Shown: piece by piece, positions 44,308 through 50,326 of the stretch
How positions within the stretch are numbered: position 1 is the first letter of the stretch
How the letters are laid out: each line of letters starts with the position of its first letter
Source of the DNA: a virus
Lineage: Duplodnaviria; Caudoviricetes
Virus record (IMG/VR): IMGVR_UViG_3300016643_000322
Location: 1 to 50,326 of that record
Direction: 5' to 3' (one strand)
DNA length: 50,326 nucleotides
Position numbers and translations under genes: made by a program
The notes under the pieces: model-generated
Told to the model about the DNA's origin: nothing
The model's input: the letters and a program-made list of their open reading frames with translations, nothing else
The model's database searches: none

Positions 44308-46468
44308 TTATAGGCAGCACCTCTTGTATTTTGAGCCGCTTCCACAAGGACATTGGTCGTTGCGCCCATGTCTCTTTGGAACCAATGCTCTCTCGACCAT
44401 TTTCATTGCCGAACCCAGCGATGAAGAAGGCTTCATTGCCTTCGTCAACTCATCCATTTCTGACGATTGCTCCCACGGAAAATCGAGCGTGATACCGAAT
44501 TGAATCTCCCCTTGAAGCCCCACTGAAACTCCAAACCAGTTCGCGGTTCGCTGAGCGTATTTGCGTTTCGCACAATGGAGTTCCAAGGTTCTGACGGCTG
44601 CTTCACTAGGCGTCGGGTTGCAATGGAAACAGATGCCAGTACCTGGTTCAGTCATCCCAAGTACGAAGTCATGTCGCTGACCATCCATCTTTCCCATCTT
44701 GGTCAGCCCATCAATAGCCCGATGAACCGTAATACATGAGTCTCCGTCCATGGAAAGAAGCGTGAAGCCCAATTCTAGTACCGCTGGATGGGGGCGGCGC
44801 TCTATCTGCTCAATCAATCGCTCGTAGTATGTGCCCTTCATCTTGGTCAAAATTCCTGGCGGCACACGCTGGCCAGGAAGGCCTTCACGCCGAACAGTCA
44901 TGGCCGTATCTAGGTCGGCTGCGATTGAGTCTTCCAGCATCACTATATTGTATTGCTCGTCGAGAAAGAGGTTGCATCGAAGGTGGTACGCAAGAGCAGT
45001 GAGCTCATGCCCCATCATCAATTTTTGTGCCGACTCTAGCCGCATACGGACGTAGCTAATGAAGCGCAATGGCGTATCCAGCATTTCTGCTAGGACATCC
45101 AGCAGGAAAACGTCCATCACGAAAGGGGGACGGATGATCTCATCGGCAGAATATTTGAGGTACTGGCTGACTTGAAACGCCAATGCGGGGTAGTGGTCGG
45201 ATACCACGCAGAATGGATAGATCTCCTTGATCGTCTCTGGGAGCACGACAGCTTGGCCACTATCATTTTCTAAGCGACATTTGCCTGAGAGGATGGCCGC
45301 CGCACACTCAGCCCCTTGGTCGTAGGCCTTTTGAATCGCTGCGGCAAAATCAGCCTTGATCTATCCGTCGCTACCTTTGCGGGCAGCAAGAGTTAACTTT
45401 TTGGCTTTTGCCTGAACGATGATGACTCGGTCACCAAAGATGACCAGAACGTCCGCCTCGGCGACAATCCGTTTGCCCTCGTAGATATTGACGTTTGTGT
45501 GAACATTCGCTTTTCCGAAAACCGCTGCCAGGCGACATTGAGAGAATTGTTCAGTGAATGCGCCTCGATTGTCGGACGCTTGTTGCCTGTAAGCTTTATC
45601 CTGGTGCATCCAGAAGAAAGGTGACTCGTACAGCGCTTCATAGATCGCGTAATGAGAGAACAGTAAGACCGAATCCCGACCTGTCGGCAGCAGTGGGGTT
45701 GCAGCTACCTGATTAAAGTCTCCCACTTCATTAAATTGGCCATTATCGCCACTGGAAGGTTAGAGCTTTGAAAACGGCTTCAACAACAGCGAGCTCTTGA
45801 CCAGAACGCGCAGCGATCTCTTGTGCGGTGAACTCGAAGAGTGCCAGCACCGATGCTGCAGGTAGCTCCCCTATCTTGGCTCCGCCACCTACTTGCGCTC
45901 CTTTGGTCGCTCTAACGTCCATCAATGAACACATTGCACTCGCCACTTGCAATGCCTGTGCACTGCTAAACGCCATGGCCCGAACCAACCAGTCATCATC
46001 CTGGGCATGTTTCTCAGCAAAAAAATCTCGATACTGGAAGCTGTAAGCTGACTCGGTGCCATAGAAAATCGGCTCCTTCATCATGGCGCCTTTCCAAATG
46101 TCACTCATGGCGATGCCTTGCTGAGCTTGAGGCATAAGCTCGCCGATCATAAGGCCGGTCATTGCGTCGTGAAGCTCACTCATCAACTCATCAGTACGCG
46201 AGGCGTAGCTTCTCAGCGTGGCTTCATCAACTTCAGTTAGATCTAGAGGTTGACGCGACATCAACCCCAAGATCGTAGTTATTTCATTCCGATTGAGCCT
46301 TTTGCGGTCGAAGAGATGCTCAATATCAGAAGACTTATGCTCACCTTGAAAAGACACTAAGTTGTCGCGATAACAGATGCCAGCCATGGCATGAGCGTAC
46401 CCTGGCTTGGCCGCCAGAGCTGCTAAATCATCAATGACGTCAGCTTCGCTTCGGTGCATGGGATGCAT
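44308..46468 (-). pseudogene. Disrupted PD-(D/E)xK (NERD-like) nuclease with C-terminal SEC-C zinc motif
   Basis: Three ORFs join via one frameshift (~45755) and one in-frame TAG (45361-45363); EADVLVIFGDRVIIVQAK; GRNDQCPCGSGSKYKRCC. Confidence 0.8.
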
Positions 46469-46578
46469 GGCTGATATCCTTAGAACTTATGATTTATGAA
46501 TAGCTCGGAAGAGAACACTTCGGCTAGAAAACCCGCCAAAGACCCTCTGAGAGAACCGTCGTCGAAAACAGTAAGCCC

Positions 46579-46875
46579 TTAGGTCGTACCTGCGCCCCAC
46601 GCCCAGTCACCACCTACCACAATGAAGATCTCAGACTTCAAAAGTCGCGCTCGGAAGGCAGCTTGTACCGAATTACGGACATCGTTTCGTACAGCAACTG
46701 CGCTGGTGCCGTTAAAGAAACCCATCGTAGAGGTGGTGGGAATGACTACATGCTGCCCCTCGTCTGCCTTAACCACCTTTGCTAGGCCGATCCGCTGAAG
46801 ATCTGCATAGGCGCTTTCGTAGTCCTTCGAAGAGGCGTTCTTCAAATCAAACGTGCAATAGACCAAATAACTCAT
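46579..46875 (-). CDS. Small ferredoxin-fold-like protein (GhoS/VapD/Cas2-like pattern)
   Basis: YLVYCTFDLKNASSKDYESAYADLQRIG; AGGAG RBS. Confidence 0.65.
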   Translation of the reverse strand: MSYLVYCTFDLKNASSKDYESAYADLQRIGLAKVVKADEGQHVVIPTTSTMGFFNGTSAVAVRNDVRNSVQAAFRARLLKSEIFIVVGGDWAWGAGTT

Positions 46876-46974
46876 AGTACAAACTCCTGGATAACTCACA
46901 CTCGATGAGATGGGGGCCAGCCCATCCAGCAGCCGGCTCACCCAAGAGCGAGAAACCTAACCTCTAGCCTCTTC

Positions 46975-47181
46975 CTACTGGGTGTGGCACACCGAGGAGC
47001 ACGTCCGGCAGCCATTCGACTGCGGGTATGTGTTGCGAGCCTGACGCACGGCAGTCACACAGCTGCTGTGCTGGCCCAAATCGAGGCGGTTCTGCAATGC
47101 CGGCAAGAAAATGCATGAACTGGTATGCACTTCATGATCGCCATTGTTTTGGGCATTGCGGTTAACGTAATACTGAGCCAT
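46975..47181 (-). CDS. Small His/Cys metal-binding protein
   Basis: YYVNRNAQNNGDHEVH..C..NGCRTCS..CH. Confidence 0.75.
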   Translation of the reverse strand: MAQYYVNRNAQNNGDHEVHTSSCIFLPALQNRLDLGQHSSCVTAVRQARNTYPQSNGCRTCSSVCHTQ

Positions 47182-47182
47182 C

Positions 47183-47437
47183 TCACTCTCCCCGCTGTTT
47201 ATTCGATTGAGCGAGTACCGAGGCCGCGAGGGTCTTGGTGGTGGCGTTGTATTTGTTGCTGTCGAGGACGTGGCTTGCTTTGGTTTCCATACCAGCACCA
47301 GTTTGTTTACCGCTGGAGGCTTGGGCCATAGCTGATCCCGCCAATTCTTTCTGAATCGCGGAGGAGCTGTCGCTACGCAGGATTTTGGAAGCCAGGCTGG
47401 CCAAGGGAGTCGAGGTTTGTTTAGTATTTTTAGGCAC
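47183..47437 (-). CDS. Small basic protein with internal two-fold repeat
   Basis: KQT..ASKIL..KELAGSAMAQ / KQT..ASHVL..KTLAASVLAQ; CAGGAG RBS. Confidence 0.75.
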   Translation of the reverse strand: MPKNTKQTSTPLASLASKILRSDSSSAIQKELAGSAMAQASSGKQTGAGMETKASHVLDSNKYNATTKTLAASVLAQSNKQRGE

Positions 47438-48568
47438 GGTTAGGTGCTCCTGTATTTACATAAAAATTGCGTAAGCAGGAGCAGCACTTGAGCGGAAAAC
47501 CGAGCCGGATAGTTGACATCCAAAGTCGGATTTTTCTCTAATGCGCATCCCACCGATGTTCGCATTGGCTCAGGGTAGGCAGGTATGTGTGCTCGGCGAC
47601 CAAACTTCGCACGCTTACCTGCTGTCTTTACTGAATCCTCAGCTCACTCGAAAAACACTACATATAGATGTGCCTCTCTGGTGTGGCTACAAGATAGTGT
47701 GGTCGATTTTACTTTGCAAGATCACAAGGCTGTGGATAACGTGTATGTAAATTGCAATTTGGATCCATTTTGATGCTGTATGGATGCCCAGGCCTTCTAA
47801 ATCGGGGGCTAAGAGCCATAACAGCCGAAACAACTTGTAATACTCTCCGTCCTTACCGTCGATTTACCTTTAAAAGTGTGGCGATCAGCACTCGAAAATG
47901 ACGATTCTATGACGTCATTTCTTTGTTTCATCACGTCAGTAACCGTCGGTTTCCAAGCTATTACTCCAGTCGCCCCAACGCTTTGATCCGGCACAAGTTG
48001 TTCCAGTAGTCGTACTCGAAGCAGAGCCTTCGCTTAGCGTGTAGTTGATGACCACATCATCGTGAATCAGGATGGCGAGCGTTATCTCAATGCCAGTCGT
48101 CATCACCTCCATGGCGGTCACGATTGGAGCAGCACAAGAACCACCAACTATCTTCATCGCTGATCCACCTTCGTCGTGCAGCCCGCGCATCGCCCAGGCC
48201 TGCCTGGCAGTTACAGTGGCTTTCCTGAGAGCTACTTCTCCCCAGCGCTGGACACTTCATCCTAAATACCCATCACCTGTCAGCCACCAGAGTCTTCAAA
48301 AGCGAAAGCACGCCTTCGGAAAATTCTCCAATTTGCCGCAAATTCTTCAGCAAAAACTCTGCCGTGGTGTACTTAAGCCTTTCCATGAGTAGTGCTTATG
48401 AGATTTCATTAAGAACGGACATCGCTTAGATCAACCACCAGTTTTGACACCCGGCATACCTGAGATCGCCCAAGTAACGGCTGGTAATGTAGGGGGCATG
48501 TGGTGGGATTATTCGCCCCGAAGACTTGGACGCCATTGGCGTAGCCTGGCATAAATTAAGGACAAAAT

Positions 48569-49228
48569 ATGTTCAGCAAATCTCAGATCATCACCATCCC
48601 AGTCCTGATCTCATCGGTACTCTTACTCACCGGCTGCCCGCCACCGGCGTCTTTCACCCAATGGAAACGTGCTTCGACCTCTGTAGAGGGCGTCAAAGCC
48701 GCAATGGCAGAATGTGGCGACCCTGTAGCAGGGCCACAAAACCATTTCCCAATAAACGAACAAATAATCCACTTTCAGTGCATGCAGCGTCTCGGTTTTA
48801 CTCGAAAAGACGGCTTTGAATACTGCGACATAATGAAGAATATGCCGGCCTGTGTTGAAGAAAGGCAGGGGAGGCCGCTCAGCTTGTCCCAGCTCGAAGC
48901 GTTGCCGTTTGTCGAAGACGAAGCATTTCACCCAATCAAGCCTAATTCAGGCCGGGATGAACGTATGCAGGTCTCATGGCGTAGAGCGGGAGCGTCACGC
49001 CATTTTTCATTCAAGGTAGCTAATGACAGCGAAGCCCTGCCGGTGATGTATGCGTGCGGCTATGCGAAGCCACTTGGGTCGAATCTGGACGTCGCAAGCA
49101 TCGGGCGCACTGCAGAAGTGCAGCGTTGCATGATTGATCATGGCTTTGAACCTAAAAACAAAATTATGCTGGTTTGCCAGACTTACCCACAAGTGACGGG
49201 CTGTTCGTCGACAACTCCGCCGAGTTGA
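48569..49228 (+). CDS. Lipoprotein with duplicated Cys-rich domain
   Basis: Lipobox LLTGC; two W.R...CG...CM...GF...C...C units. Confidence 0.8.
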   Translation: MFSKSQIITIPVLISSVLLLTGCPPPASFTQWKRASTSVEGVKAAMAECGDPVAGPQNHFPINEQIIHFQCMQRLGFTRKDGFEYCDIMKNMPACVEERQGRPLSLSQLEALPFVEDEAFHPIKPNSGRDERMQVSWRRAGASRHFSFKVANDSEALPVMYACGYAKPLGSNLDVASIGRTAEVQRCMIDHGFEPKNKIMLVCQTYPQVTGCSSTTPPS

Positions 49229-49325
49229 TGCAGGCAGAGAGCAGGGCTGAGAGGGGCTTGCTCGTTCAAAATAAGAGGACGTCCTAGACGCGCGACCTTT
49301 CAACTCATGGGCACAATTGGATTTT

Positions 49326-49661
49326 CTACATCGATTTAACGGATAGCACTTCCACGTATTTGTATTTCTTCTTGGCAGCCTTCACAGCATCTTGTTCGGC
49401 GAGCAACGAGCTCAACGTATCAGCCTCGTGAATCAACTCGGTCATTTTTCCCTCGAACTCGTTTCCAACCCGTAGCGTGACCCGCAGCCTGGGCGTAAAT
49501 GCTTTCGCCGCCTTCTTCTTGGCTGCTGGAGCGACAACGGGTTTTGCGAGCGCAATTTCTTCCACAGGCTCATTTACTAGAGGAGCAGATATCTGCTCTT
49601 CGGGCTGAGGCGTACCGAATAGGGCACGACGCATTTCTTCTTCAGTTAATTCAGAGCTCAT
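49326..49661 (-). CDS. Hypothetical protein
   Basis: MSSELTEEEMRRALFG.. ORF. Confidence 0.7.
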   Translation of the reverse strand: MSSELTEEEMRRALFGTPQPEEQISAPLVNEPVEEIALAKPVVAPAAKKKAAKAFTPRLRVTLRVGNEFEGKMTELIHEADTLSSLLAEQDAVKAAKKKYKYVEVLSVKSM

Positions 49662-49831
49662 AGAACATCTCAAAGTGGGCAGTAATCAGCTCGACGAATT
49701 CTACTAGGATGGCGGCTCCAGCGTGTCCTCTGGGAGCATGTACGGCCACTGTGAATTCGTGCTACGTGGTCACAACATTTCAACGTGGTAGTGGGCCTGA
49801 TAGCGATAAAAATGATGCAACGTAAGCTAGG

Positions 49832-50326
49832 CTATTGAGGGCTTAAGGGGTCATCGCAATGGTTGTCTGGCTTCGTCTTCGACAACTGAGTGAACTGCTC
49901 CAATGCGTTTTGGAAGTCCTCCAATGCAAAGCTTACCGGCTTGCTCCCTGCGATCCATTGCGTCGAGATTCCAACTTCCAGTTTGTCCGAAATACTTCGA
50001 CCGAAGCGCCGCCAGTGTACGGTGTCAGCCTCGATTACCTGCTCAGCGACCAAGACGATACAGTCGAAATTCATGTCATCGCTACAGACCAGCAACGGCA
50101 CGATTGTGGAGCTTCCATCCTCCGCCGGAATGATGCGACGGTTCGCAAGAGCGTCTTCGTCTTCGTCGATAAGCCAGATTAGAGAAAGACCAAGGCTTGC
50201 GACGTCTGACCATTCGAGATGAGTGGACAGCCATTGCTCAATGCCAACGCCGTCAATCATTAACCATGCGCAAGCGCTCCTGGCGAATCCAGGTCGGTAG
50301 TAAGCGGCGCTGATAACTTGATGCAT
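49832..50326 (-). CDS. Hypothetical protein
   Basis: 164-aa ORF, PLLVCSDDMNFDC motif; start at window edge. Confidence 0.65.
   Translation of the reverse strand: MHQVISAAYYRPGFARSACAWLMIDGVGIEQWLSTHLEWSDVASLGLSLIWLIDEDEDALANRRIIPAEDGSSTIVPLLVCSDDMNFDCIVLVAEQVIEADTVHWRRFGRSISDKLEVGISTQWIAGSKPVSFALEDFQNALEQFTQLSKTKPDNHCDDPLSPQ

Larger units (their letters stand above)
38189..50326. mobile_element. Second dusA-associated integrative island (right end not seen)
   Basis: att core followed by integrase and Xis-like genes; accessory cargo; no structural genes. Confidence 0.75.

Noticed and set aside
46579-46875. Cas2 of a CRISPR system
   Set aside because: No cas1 or array nearby; only a fold-level resemblance
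47731-47791. Perfect DnaA box (TGTGGATAA) and a LexA-like CTGTATGGATGCCCAG
   Set aside because: Single isolated sites with no clear target gene; could be chance

Overview
Pseudomonas-type DNA carrying two tandem integrative elements. (1) From before base 1 to about 38200 is an apparently complete P2/phiCTX-like prophage. It has a tyrosine integrase, a leftward early operon (Cox/Ner-like, CII/YmfL-like, Ogr, a large toprim primase-helicase, small genes, PrtN-like), an XRE repressor and the full P2-type tail, baseplate, lysis and head set (D,U,T,E/E',FII,FI,tfa,H,I,J,W,V,S,R,lysC,lysB,endolysin,holins,X,L,M,N,O,P,Q). Beyond Q lie a Dam-like methylase/SRAP/SOS cassette, cos, a GGTTAG-iteron region and small terminal genes. 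(2) A dusA-type att junction (MNRKFSVAPMMDW fragment, 38180-38227) is followed by a second island with a related integrase, two Xis/AlpA-like genes, regulators, a disrupted nuclease/SEC-C gene preceded by three small genes, and a duplicated-domain lipoprotein. This island runs off the window end. Most unusual signals: three intergenic modules with a fixed GCTGCAAC-capped hairpin (fully different stems) fused to an identical RBS/start; a multi-stem RNA before the methylase with a similar loop; separate N-terminal-only and C-terminal-only repressor look-alikes; a relic tRNA-Ser att inside a dusA-integrated prophage; and an AT-rich moron between V and S. All family assignments are by eye from motifs and synteny; no searches were run.
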